NCBI GenBank assembly: GCA_030637655.1
Contig: DAOWGI010000038.1
Location: 1 to 26,144, forward strand
Reading direction: 5' to 3'
From: a candidate division FCPU426 bacterium
GTDB lineage: Bacteria; Oederibacteriota; JAAXVQ01; JAUVAV01
Length of the DNA: 26,144 nt
A program made the translations under genes and the position numbers. This document shows, piece by piece, positions 1-7,426 of the stretch. Position 1 is the stretch's first letter. Every line of letters starts with the position of its first letter. The notes under the pieces were generated by a model. That model saw nothing but the letters and a program-made list of their open reading frames with translations, was not told the origin of the DNA and did not search any database.

Positions 1-87
1 CGGCAATCATTAAGCCGGGATCCAGTGACTTTAAAGCATTTAAAGATCAAAGCCACTGGATTCCTGCTAAAAACATGCAGGAATGAC
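1..87. repeat. REP-doublet (REPIN-like) palindrome of GTCAT...ATGAC type, truncated by the window start
   Basis: Hairpin CGGC..GCCG (1-17), inner inverted repeat ATCCAGTGACTTT (20-32)/AAAGCCACTGGAT (49-61), and hairpin TTCCTGC-N9-GCAGGAA (61-83) ending in GAATGAC. Same architecture as 17280-17351. Confidence 0.75.
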
Positions 88-171
88 GATCTAAATAGAG
101 AAGTACTTTCAGTTAAGGATGTTGCAATATGAGTTACAATCTGCCACATTACGGGATTAAAAAAAGAGTCC

Positions 172-199
172 TTGACAAATTTATTATAATTGATATGGT
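172..199 (+). promoter_or_regulatory. sigma70-type promoter for the KamA-family gene
   Basis: TTGACA (172-177), 16-nt spacer, extended -10 TG-A-TATGGT (191-199). Confidence 0.6.
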
Positions 200-226
200 G
201 AGCCTTTGTCTTTAAATCCATATTAG

Positions 227-1378
227 GTGAGAAATATGGAAATTAACGTACTCTCAAAGGCTGTGAGGTCCTCGCGTATGAATTGGATGGAAGAATTACA
301 GAAAAATATCCGTACTATTGATGATTTAAAGCAATATTTCTCGATTCCGGAGTCGCAGGCAGAGGAATTGCGGAAAATTGTGGATATGCATCCTATGAGC
401 ATCACCCGCTACTATATGTCCTTGATCAATAAGGAAGATCCCAATGATCCGATCATGAAAATGATTATTCCCTCGACCTGTGAGTTGGATCAAGAGGGAA
501 CCTATGATACCAGCGGTGAGCTAAGCAACACCGTTACCGATGGATTGCAGCATAAATACCAGAATACCGCTTTGATAACCATTACCAATCAGTGCGCAAC
601 CTATTGCCGCTACTGTTTCCGGAAACGCATGGTTGGTCTGCCGGATGAACAAGTAAAACTCAAGATTCATGAAGTTGCCAAATATATTCAGGAGAATCCC
701 AGCATTAATAATGCCCTGATTTCGGGTGGCGATCCATTTGTTCTGGACAATGATATGATCAGTTTCATTCTGGATGAATTAGGAGATATTAATTCACTTG
801 ATTTCATCCGTTTTGGTTCGAAAATTCCGGTGGTTTTCCCACAGCGGATTTTAGAGGATGATCAACTGGTTACGCTACTTTCGGAATACGCAGATAAACG
901 GATACAATTGTATGTGGTGACCCATTTTAATCATCCGCGTGAAATTACGTCGCAGTCTGTGGAAGCAATTCGTCGTCTACGTAAGGCCGGTTTGATTATC
1001 AATAATCAAACCGTACTTATGAAGGGAATTAATGATCAGCCACGGATATTGATTAAATTGTTGAAAGGACTCGTAAAAATAGGGGTCAATCCTTATTATA
1101 TTTTTCAGTGTCGTCCGGTTAAATGGGTGAAAAAAAGTTATCAAGTCTCCTTACTCGATGGGTACCGGGTAGTGGAGGCGGCCGGCGCTGCTTTGGATGG
1201 ACATGCCAAGCGATTTAAATATGTTATGTCTCATGTTACTGGAAAAATTGAGATTGTGGGTCTGCTGGATGGGAAAATGATATTTAAATATCATCAAGCC
1301 AAGGATCCTGCCAATATGGGTAGAGTTTTCAAATATGCGGTGGATGAAAAAACCGCCTGGCTGGATGAATTGAAGTGA
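227..1378 (+). CDS. KamA-family radical SAM/PLP aminomutase-like protein (substrate probably not lysine)
   Basis: GLQHKY..ALI, CATYCRYCFRKR (CxxxCxxC), ISGGDP, THFNHPREIT, NQTVLMKGIND, PYYIFQC, GKIEI (PLP lysine position). The real start is probably ATG 236, after GGTGA. Confidence 0.9.
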   Translation: MRNMEINVLSKAVRSSRMNWMEELQKNIRTIDDLKQYFSIPESQAEELRKIVDMHPMSITRYYMSLINKEDPNDPIMKMIIPSTCELDQEGTYDTSGELSNTVTDGLQHKYQNTALITITNQCATYCRYCFRKRMVGLPDEQVKLKIHEVAKYIQENPSINNALISGGDPFVLDNDMISFILDELGDINSLDFIRFGSKIPVVFPQRILEDDQLVTLLSEYADKRIQLYVVTHFNHPREITSQSVEAIRRLRKAGLIINNQTVLMKGINDQPRILIKLLKGLVKIGVNPYYIFQCRPVKWVKKSYQVSLLDGYRVVEAAGAALDGHAKRFKYVMSHVTGKIEIVGLLDGKMIFKYHQAKDPANMGRVFKYAVDEKTAWLDELK

Positions 1379-1421
1379 GCAAATTCTGGAAAGCTTAGGT
1401 AGTGCCGTATGTTTTCCCTCG

Positions 1422-2738
1422 ATGATGGATAAAAAACGCCAACTGAAAAGTGATCCTATTCAGCGGTATCTTATAGCGCAAGCGATACCTGTTAAAACCG
1501 AAGTCATATCTCCTCCAGCTTCTGAACTCAAATTATGTATTGTCATTCCGGCCATGGCAGAACGTGAGGATATCGGACCTGTGCTTGATTCGCTGGAAAA
1601 GGGCAATCAGAGACTGGCTGAAGCTGAAGTAATAGTTATAATTAACAATCCTGAAGATGCCTCCACGGATGTGATTTTGGAAAACAAAGCAACTCTGCAA
1701 TACTTACGCTCCCGTACTTCTCGTGGATTGAAAGTAATTGCCGTTGACTGCGCTTCAGCAGGCCGCGCTTTGGAAAAAGAGAAAGCCGGGGTGGGTCTGG
1801 CCAGACGCTTGGGTATGGATTTGGCATTACAGCGTTTGTATGAGTCAGGGAATGCGCAGCAGGCGACGATTGCCGGCCTGGATGCGGATTCGCCGGTAGC
1901 TCCGGGATATATTGATACTCTGTTGGAAATTTTTGCCACTACTCAGCAGCCATTGGGTGGTGTGTGTGCCTATGCGCATCCTATTCCTGAGCATCCCGGT
2001 TTGGCTGAGGCGATTGTGAATTATGAGCTGTGGCTCCGTTATTTTGAGTTAGGCTTGAGATTGTCAGGCTCTCTTTTTGCCTATACTACTATCGGGTCCT
2101 GTCTGATCGTCTCAGCTTACGGATATGCCTTGGCCGACGGCATGCCAATAAAAACCGTTGGTGAGGATTTTTATTTCTGGCAGAAATTGGTAAAAGTGAA
2201 TGGGCTATCCGCGTTGCCTAAACTTCACAAGGCAGTAGTGTTCCCGAAAGTGCGCGTTTCCGAACGCTTGCCCTTTGGAACCAGCCGGGCGATGTATAAA
2301 TATTTGGATGAGAACTATCAAGGGTATAAACAGGTGGAACCACCGGAAGCGTTTTTCACTTTGCGTAAGTTTATTCATATCATCCCTGATATTTATCGTT
2401 TTCAGGACAATAATTTAGAGGAGTTGTCATTGGAAATGCGATGCTTTCTGCAAGAGGAGGGGGCGTGGACTCTGTTTGCCAAGTTGCGCACCACGTATCC
2501 GAGTCCGGATCACTTCAGCCTGGCTGCGCAGCAATGGTTTGACGGGTTGCGCAGTATTCGTTACATTCATTATTATACCGGAATGAATCAGCGCGCTTGG
2601 ATATTGGATGCCCTGCGGGAAGTATTGCGCGATTTGGGGCAGGAACATGTGGTAGCTGATTTGCCGAATACTTCAGCGGATCAACCGGACTGGAAGGTTA
2701 TGCGTGCCTGGCTCAAACGATTGCGTGAGATAAGGTAG
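1422..2738 (+). CDS. GT-A fold (GT2-like) glycosyltransferase
   Basis: CIVIPAMAE, GVGLARRLGMD, DxD motif LDADS, GEDFYF. Starts 43 nt after the previous gene on the same strand. Confidence 0.8.
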   Translation: MMDKKRQLKSDPIQRYLIAQAIPVKTEVISPPASELKLCIVIPAMAEREDIGPVLDSLEKGNQRLAEAEVIVIINNPEDASTDVILENKATLQYLRSRTSRGLKVIAVDCASAGRALEKEKAGVGLARRLGMDLALQRLYESGNAQQATIAGLDADSPVAPGYIDTLLEIFATTQQPLGGVCAYAHPIPEHPGLAEAIVNYELWLRYFELGLRLSGSLFAYTTIGSCLIVSAYGYALADGMPIKTVGEDFYFWQKLVKVNGLSALPKLHKAVVFPKVRVSERLPFGTSRAMYKYLDENYQGYKQVEPPEAFFTLRKFIHIIPDIYRFQDNNLEELSLEMRCFLQEEGAWTLFAKLRTTYPSPDHFSLAAQQWFDGLRSIRYIHYYTGMNQRAWILDALREVLRDLGQEHVVADLPNTSADQPDWKVMRAWLKRLREIR

Positions 2739-2832
2739 GGGAAACCCTGTGTGATCACCTAAGAATAAAAAATGAGAACAGAAAAGAGAAAATAGATATG
2801 CGTAAGGGCGACTCTATACGGTCGCCCGGTAC
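2735..2832. repeat. Degenerate GTAG-family REP doublet
   Basis: GTAGGGGAAACCCTGTGTGATCACCT (2735-2760) and GTAAGGGCGAC-N8-GTCGCCCGGTAC (2802-2832). Related to 7944-7971 and 8771-8833. Confidence 0.6.
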
Positions 2833-3050
2833 CATAGGGTTTTGGTTGGGAGGAGTGGAGAAAATGCACATTTTATTATTATCCCTTTGCTAGTCAGAGC
2901 AAGCGGGAAATAGCAAAAAAAACTCAACTTCATATTACCCGGAGTATAGGAGAAAAGTATAAGAAATTCATTAAAAGGGAATAAAAACTTTAGAAAATCA
3001 AGGTAAAACCGATAACTAATAGCAGTTTTAAGTGCTCTGGTTTTTAGGCG

Positions 3051-3422
3051 GTGACTATGAATCCCGATGAAAAAACATTATTGGTTGTAGATGATGAAGT
3101 AGGTATCCGCTCGGCTTTGTTTAATTTATTGGAGGATTTAGGATACTATGTCATCACAGCCGGGGACGGTCGGGAAGCTTTGGATAAATTGGAACATGTG
3201 AAAGTAGATTTGGTGATTACGGATATTTTAATGCCTGAAATGGATGGCTTGGAGCTTATTAACCATCTGAAAAAACGAAATCCGGAAATCCGTTGTCTGG
3301 CTTTTTCTGGTGGGGACCCGACTTATTTAAAAGTGGGTGAGTATATGGGAGCTGATCGTGTTCTGGGAAAACCGTTCAGTAATGATGAACTACAGGATAT
3401 TATTGTAGAATTACTGACATAA
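3051..3422 (+). CDS. Single-domain response regulator (CheY-like receiver)
   Basis: LLVVDDE, DLVITDILMPEMDG (phosphoacceptor Asp), FSGG, GKPF. Start may be ATG 3057. Confidence 0.92.
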   Translation: MTMNPDEKTLLVVDDEVGIRSALFNLLEDLGYYVITAGDGREALDKLEHVKVDLVITDILMPEMDGLELINHLKKRNPEIRCLAFSGGDPTYLKVGEYMGADRVLGKPFSNDELQDIIVELLT

Positions 3423-3516
3423 TTTATTTTTTTGCTTGCCTGACAGGTTTCCGTTTCTCGATCACTTTACTTTATATTTTATTTCAAAAAAACCAACAAA
3501 TATTTTCGAATAACAG

Positions 3517-3545
3517 TTGCAGCCGATCCCCAAAAAGCGCATAAT
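3517..3545 (+). promoter_or_regulatory. Candidate distal sigma70 promoter upstream of the outer-membrane protein gene
   Basis: TTGCAG-17 nt-CATAAT. Confidence 0.4.
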
Positions 3546-3551
3546 GTTTGG

Positions 3552-3648
3552 GTGATGGGGACCGTGATGGGGACCGTACTTAACTTAGTAATTTTGATTT
3601 CAAAAGTTGATTTACTAAGTTGAGACTGACCCCGTTCACATGTTCACA
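3552..3648. repeat. GGGGWC...GACCCC-type inverted-repeat element with short tandem duplications at both ends
   Basis: GTGATGGGGACC twice (3552-3575). Arms GGGGACCGTACTTAACTTAGTAA (3569-3591) and TTACTAAGTTGAGACTGACCCC (3612-3633). Inner TTTTGA-TT-TCAAAA. GTTCACA twice (3634-3648). Confidence 0.65.
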
Positions 3649-3675
3649 AAAGCAAAATTTATTTATTTTGCTTTT
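3648..3675. terminator. AT-rich terminator-like hairpin
   Basis: AAAAGCAAAAT-N6-ATTTTGCTTTT. The stem is weak. Confidence 0.35.
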
Positions 3676-3740
3676 AAGGGGGGGGGGAGAGGATAAAGCA
3701 TACTTAGAAAAAAAGGTAGTAGAAAAAAGCAAAGCTCAGT

Positions 3741-3769
3741 TTGTACTAAAGTGAATTTCTTATTATATT
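3741..3769 (+). promoter_or_regulatory. Candidate proximal sigma70 promoter for the outer-membrane protein gene
   Basis: TTGTAC-17 nt-TATATT, followed by the RBS GGAGGGA and TTG start at 3789. Confidence 0.45.
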
Positions 3770-3788
3770 AAAAAATGGAGGGACAAAC

Positions 3789-5438
3789 TTGAAAAAGACA
3801 CTTATTTTCGCTCTCACAGTATGCTTTGCAACAACCTTGGCAAGTTCCGTTTTAGCGCTCCGCTGGCTGGATAATATGAGTTATCGTGTCGAAACAATGG
3901 GCGGCGCGACCTTGGCCATTGAGGATGAAACCACAGCCTTAACCGCCTATAACCATGAGAATTGTGCCGGGCTGGCTTTTGAGAAAAAAATGAACCGGTT
4001 AGATGGAGGTTTGATGTATAGCTCCACGAATTACTCGCAAGATATTACCGGCGGCACTTACAAGGTGACGAGCTCGGATATGGCACTCACGCGTCCGGGC
4101 GCCGAGTACCGTGGAGTAACTTACTGGCTGGGTGATGATTTGGTAATCAAGGCCGGGATTGAGGGAATGCTAATAAATGCTACGATGACGACCGAGGTTG
4201 GCGGGACTTCAACCGAAGAAAAAATCGATTTCTCCGGCTTGGGCGGCGGCGCCGGTCTGGTATACAAAACGGATTTTGGCCTGGCCCTGGGTGCCGGCCT
4301 GAAATATATCGGCGCTGGCGGCAAACCTGATCCGCTGGATGGAAGTTTCGATGTGTACAGAATGATAGCTCTCATGTTCGGCACAACCGGTACCACGGAT
4401 AAAATAGAAATGACAGCCACTAATTTAGGCTGGAGCGTAGGGGCTGCTTATGTTCTGGATGAAATCGGCGAGGACAACAAGCTGGCTTTGGGATTCCAGG
4501 TCGGCGCGGACGATACTCTACCGAATGTTGCCTCCTTCAGTTCTTTGGCTTCCATAGGTTCCACCTCGTTTGGTGATTATAATGCAGTTGTTGAGATGGG
4601 CGGTAATATTGTTGGTATAGGCGATGTTACAAATACGACGACTTACACCGCGACACCCCTGAAAATTTCCGGCGAAGCTATCTTTGATCTGGGAAGCACG
4701 TTACAAGCAGGCTTGCTTTTTGACTCCAAGACTCTCGCTGTCCAGGAAAAAACCGAGAGCTCGGGTTACGGTGTGTTTGCCGCCGATCCTACTGATTACA
4801 AAGCCATCTGCCAGAGCCAGCTGGGCATTAGCCCGGTTGTTACTGCCAAGCTTGCGCTGGGGGAAGATCTAAACCTGCTGCCAGGTGTGATGTTCACAAC
4901 TTGGGGAAGCGGAGCGCTGGATGCTTACAGTCTGGATTACAGTACCGCCGATGTAAATGATACTTACAAGTCATCCACAACCGAAATCAGCAGCGGTGTG
5001 TTTGCCATTGGATTGGGCCTGCAGGCCATGAGCAAGCAGCTCCAGGCGGGTGTGCAATATGAGTCCGGTTCCAACAAGAGTGAGAATACGCCCTATGCAG
5101 TAGATGGGACTGCCGGTACAGTTTCTGAAATCGAGGGTAGTTCCAGCACTATTCGTTTGGGCGCCGAGTTCTGGGTTATGCCCCTACTCGCAATCCGCGC
5201 CGGCTATGCCATGCTCTCTGATGTCACTAAAGACGGCACTTTCGATAGCGATGGTAATGTGGTAGATGACATTAACAACACCAGCCGCATCACGTTTGGC
5301 TTGGGTGTGGCCATGCCCGATGGGTTAAAAGCTGATCTTCTGGTTAAGCTGGATACTTACACGGATGATCCGGCAGATGATCCTGAGCCAACAAATACTG
5401 CCGCGGGTATTTTCCTGGGCATCAGTACTCCTCTCTGA
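3789..5438 (+). CDS. Exported, probable outer-membrane beta-barrel protein (FadL/PorV-like N-terminal motif)
   Basis: Sec signal peptide MKKTLIFALTVCFATTLASSVLA. R..MGGATLAIEDETTAL..N..GLA resembles the FadL/PorV hatch motif. Amphipathic strands LGWSVGAAY, IRLGAEFW..LAIRAGY, ITFGLGV. Strong RBS and its own terminator. Confidence 0.75.
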   Translation: MKKTLIFALTVCFATTLASSVLALRWLDNMSYRVETMGGATLAIEDETTALTAYNHENCAGLAFEKKMNRLDGGLMYSSTNYSQDITGGTYKVTSSDMALTRPGAEYRGVTYWLGDDLVIKAGIEGMLINATMTTEVGGTSTEEKIDFSGLGGGAGLVYKTDFGLALGAGLKYIGAGGKPDPLDGSFDVYRMIALMFGTTGTTDKIEMTATNLGWSVGAAYVLDEIGEDNKLALGFQVGADDTLPNVASFSSLASIGSTSFGDYNAVVEMGGNIVGIGDVTNTTTYTATPLKISGEAIFDLGSTLQAGLLFDSKTLAVQEKTESSGYGVFAADPTDYKAICQSQLGISPVVTAKLALGEDLNLLPGVMFTTWGSGALDAYSLDYSTADVNDTYKSSTTEISSGVFAIGLGLQAMSKQLQAGVQYESGSNKSENTPYAVDGTAGTVSEIEGSSSTIRLGAEFWVMPLLAIRAGYAMLSDVTKDGTFDSDGNVVDDINNTSRITFGLGVAMPDGLKADLLVKLDTYTDDPADDPEPTNTAAGIFLGISTPL

Positions 5439-5459
5439 TAACTGTTGCTGCGTTTAGCC

Positions 5460-5496
5460 AAAAGGCAGGTGGGTATGTATCCCCCACCTGCCTTTT
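5460..5496 (+). terminator. Rho-independent terminator
   Basis: AAAAGGCAGGTGGG-N9-CCCACCTGCCTTTT, 21 nt after the stop codon. Confidence 0.88.
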
Positions 5497-5561
5497 GTGT
5501 GCACCCGGCAGGGTGTACCTGCTGGAAGGTGAAGGGGGGGGCGGTATGGAGTTCTCCTTCA

Positions 5562-5797
5562 TTAACAGATCAGTCATGATTTTTTTTGTTTGTCATCCCC
5601 GAATGCTTGTATCCCCGATAAGAGCATTCGAGGACGGATACGGTTTAAAAAACCAGATTCCTGCCGAATGCGTCCCTATATATCTTTTCCGGTCGGGGCC
5701 GATTAAATCCTCGGGCTGCGTCAGCGTCCCTTTTCGATATTTTTCCGGTCGGGGAATGACAATCTTTGTTTAACTGCGCAGTTTACTGACATGATAC
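5562..5797 (-). mobile_element. MITE-like element copy A (expanded by nested insertions), inverted relative to copy B
   Basis: Matches the reverse complement of 17250-17373 apart from three insertions and a few substitutions. Ends TTAACAGATCAGT / ACTGACATGATAC. Flanking direct repeat TCCTTCA at 5555-5561 and 5799-5805. Confidence 0.85.
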
Positions 5798-5989
5798 TTC
5801 CTTCAACTCATTGAGATTGACGAAAGACAGAGGAAAGTGATAGGTAGAATGCTTAAAGAAGAATTGGAAGCATTCAAAAGTGGTATGCCTACTCGAAAGT
5901 ATGTTAGTATGGCAAAAGCGAGTAGAGCAACTGCATTTAGGGAACTTGGTAATTTAGTTAAAAAGGGTTCCTCCGCAGCCCTGACCTGA
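5795..5989 (+). pseudogene. C-terminal remnant of a Fic/DUF4172-type protein (winged-helix tail)
   Basis: Frame starting at 5801 reads LQLIEIDERQRKVIGRMLKEELEAFKSGMPTRKYVSMAKASRATAFRELGNLVKKG, which resembles the NERQ.KV...F.GG.T..KY.S..K.SRATA.REL..LV.KG tail of such proteins. The N-terminal part and Fic motif are absent. Not in the ORF track. Confidence 0.7.
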
Positions 5990-6095
5990 GAAATTATTGA
6001 AAAGTTAGGACGCTTCGCTGCAGACGGAAATCTCCCGCGAAAAACAAGGACAAGCAGGACAAAAATATCACAGGCGTGAGCCTGTGGAGTTTTAT
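5965..6095 (-). mobile_element. Probable non-autonomous IS200/IS605-family remnant (one end hairpin)
   Basis: Perfect hairpin CACAGGC-GTGA-GCCTGTG (6069-6086) followed by GAGTTT, the style of IS200/IS605 subterminal palindromes. Fic similarity stops where this GC-richer segment starts. Family assignment is from recall only. Confidence 0.5.
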
Positions 6096-6130
6096 TAATA
6101 AGGAGGGATAAGAAAATTAAAATCAACAAA

Positions 6131-7264
6131 TTGCCAAAGCTTAAAATTGGCTCACTTGAGGCGGAACTTCCAATTATTCAAGGCGGGATGGGCGTGGGCA
6201 TTTCATTATCCGGATTAGCGTCCGCAGTGGCCAACCAAGGCGGTATTGGTGTTATCTCAGCGACGGGTTTGGGTTTGCTAAAGACATTGCCTGGGAAAAC
6301 ATATCGGGAATCAAATATACTGGCGCTGTACAGCGAAATACAGACGGCACGCGCCAAGACTAAAGGTGTTCTCGGAGTGAATGTGTTGGCGGCAGCGACT
6401 GATTATGGAGATTTGCTTCTGACTGCCCTGGAGGCAGGCATCGACTTGATATTTATTGGCGCCGGATTGCCCTTGCACAAACCTCGGGAAATATCAGATG
6501 ACAAATGGTTAAGTATTTTAAGTAAAACTGTTCCGATTATCTCTTCCGGACGAGCGGCTCGTCTTATTTGCACGTATTGGCAAAGGCACTATAACCTTAT
6601 ACCCAGCGCTTTTGTCATAGAAGGTCCTTTAGCCGGGGGGCATTTGGGGTTTAAAAAAAATAAAATTTTTCATCCTGACAATCATCTTGAGAAATTATTT
6701 ATTGAAACATCTTTGGAAATACGATCTTTTGAGCGGGAATGGAACAAGCCTATTTCACTTATCCCAGCCGGCGGTATTTTCGATGGCGCTGACATATTTC
6801 GCTTCCTGCGACTCGGTGCTCAAGGCGTGCAAATGGCTACGAGATTTGTTGGCACGCACGAATGTGATGCGGATATTTCCTTTAAACAAGCCTATATTAA
6901 GTGCGAAAAGAAAGACATTGCGATAATTGATAGTCCGGTTGGATTGCCGGGACGGGCGATCCAAAATGAATATTTGGTAAAAATATCGCAAGGACGCATG
7001 TCTCCTGTCACCTGTTTTTGGAAGTGTTTAAAAACATGTGATTATAAAAAAGCGCCATATTGTATTGCAGAAGCATTGCGTAACGCTCAACTGGGAAAAT
7101 TTGAAGAAGGATTTGCCTTTGCCGGCGAAACAGCATATCGCATTGAAAAGTTAGTGTCTGTTAAGGAGTTGATAGATTCGCTTGTTCAGGGATATACCAA
7201 GGAGCTTCAGTATTTTAAGCAAAAAACCAGGCTACTGCAATCATCGCATAGGCGGGCTAGGTAA
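6131..7264 (+). CDS. Nitronate monooxygenase/FabK-family flavoprotein, FabX-like with a C-terminal 4-Cys cluster
   Basis: PIIQGGMGVGIS, GAGLP, EGPLAGGHLGF, AGGIFDG, GVQMATRF, SPVGLPGRA, CFWKCLKTC-x7-C. RBS AGGAGG upstream of a TTG start. Confidence 0.88.
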   Translation: MPKLKIGSLEAELPIIQGGMGVGISLSGLASAVANQGGIGVISATGLGLLKTLPGKTYRESNILALYSEIQTARAKTKGVLGVNVLAAATDYGDLLLTALEAGIDLIFIGAGLPLHKPREISDDKWLSILSKTVPIISSGRAARLICTYWQRHYNLIPSAFVIEGPLAGGHLGFKKNKIFHPDNHLEKLFIETSLEIRSFEREWNKPISLIPAGGIFDGADIFRFLRLGAQGVQMATRFVGTHECDADISFKQAYIKCEKKDIAIIDSPVGLPGRAIQNEYLVKISQGRMSPVTCFWKCLKTCDYKKAPYCIAEALRNAQLGKFEEGFAFAGETAYRIEKLVSVKELIDSLVQGYTKELQYFKQKTRLLQSSHRRAR

Positions 7265-7426
7265 GTGAAGAGAAAAGATTATACCGTCCCCCTTTAACAT
7301 TATTTCGGCATTGAAATTGAATATGGTTTGGGAAATTTTCAGGGACTCGATTTTTTTTTATATTTACGTTGTCTGACACTCGACTAGTGTATTTTCGGCT
7401 CGATAAGGAAAATATTGGAGATGCCC

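Noticed and set aside
114-140. AAGGATGTTGCAA as an IS end pairing with TTGCAACAACCTT near 3826-3838
   Set aside because: The partner lies inside an intact signal-peptide coding region and there is no transposase or flanking duplication, so it is likely chance.
5592-5760. Possible mini CRISPR array (TTTTCCGGTCGGGG repeated with a spacer)
   Set aside because: Only two imperfect units, no cas genes, and fully explained as insertions into a MITE by comparison with 17250-17373.
5495-6129. ORFs 5495..5773 (+) and 5803..6129 (-)
   Set aside because: The first runs through the MITE. The second is antisense to the Fic remnant and the IS-like segment. Neither has protein-like motifs.
7278-7387. CTGACACTCGACTAG (7373-7387) resembles the MITE end style; possible third MITE
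   Set aside because: No convincing left end, flanking duplication or internal similarity to copies A and B could be found by eye.
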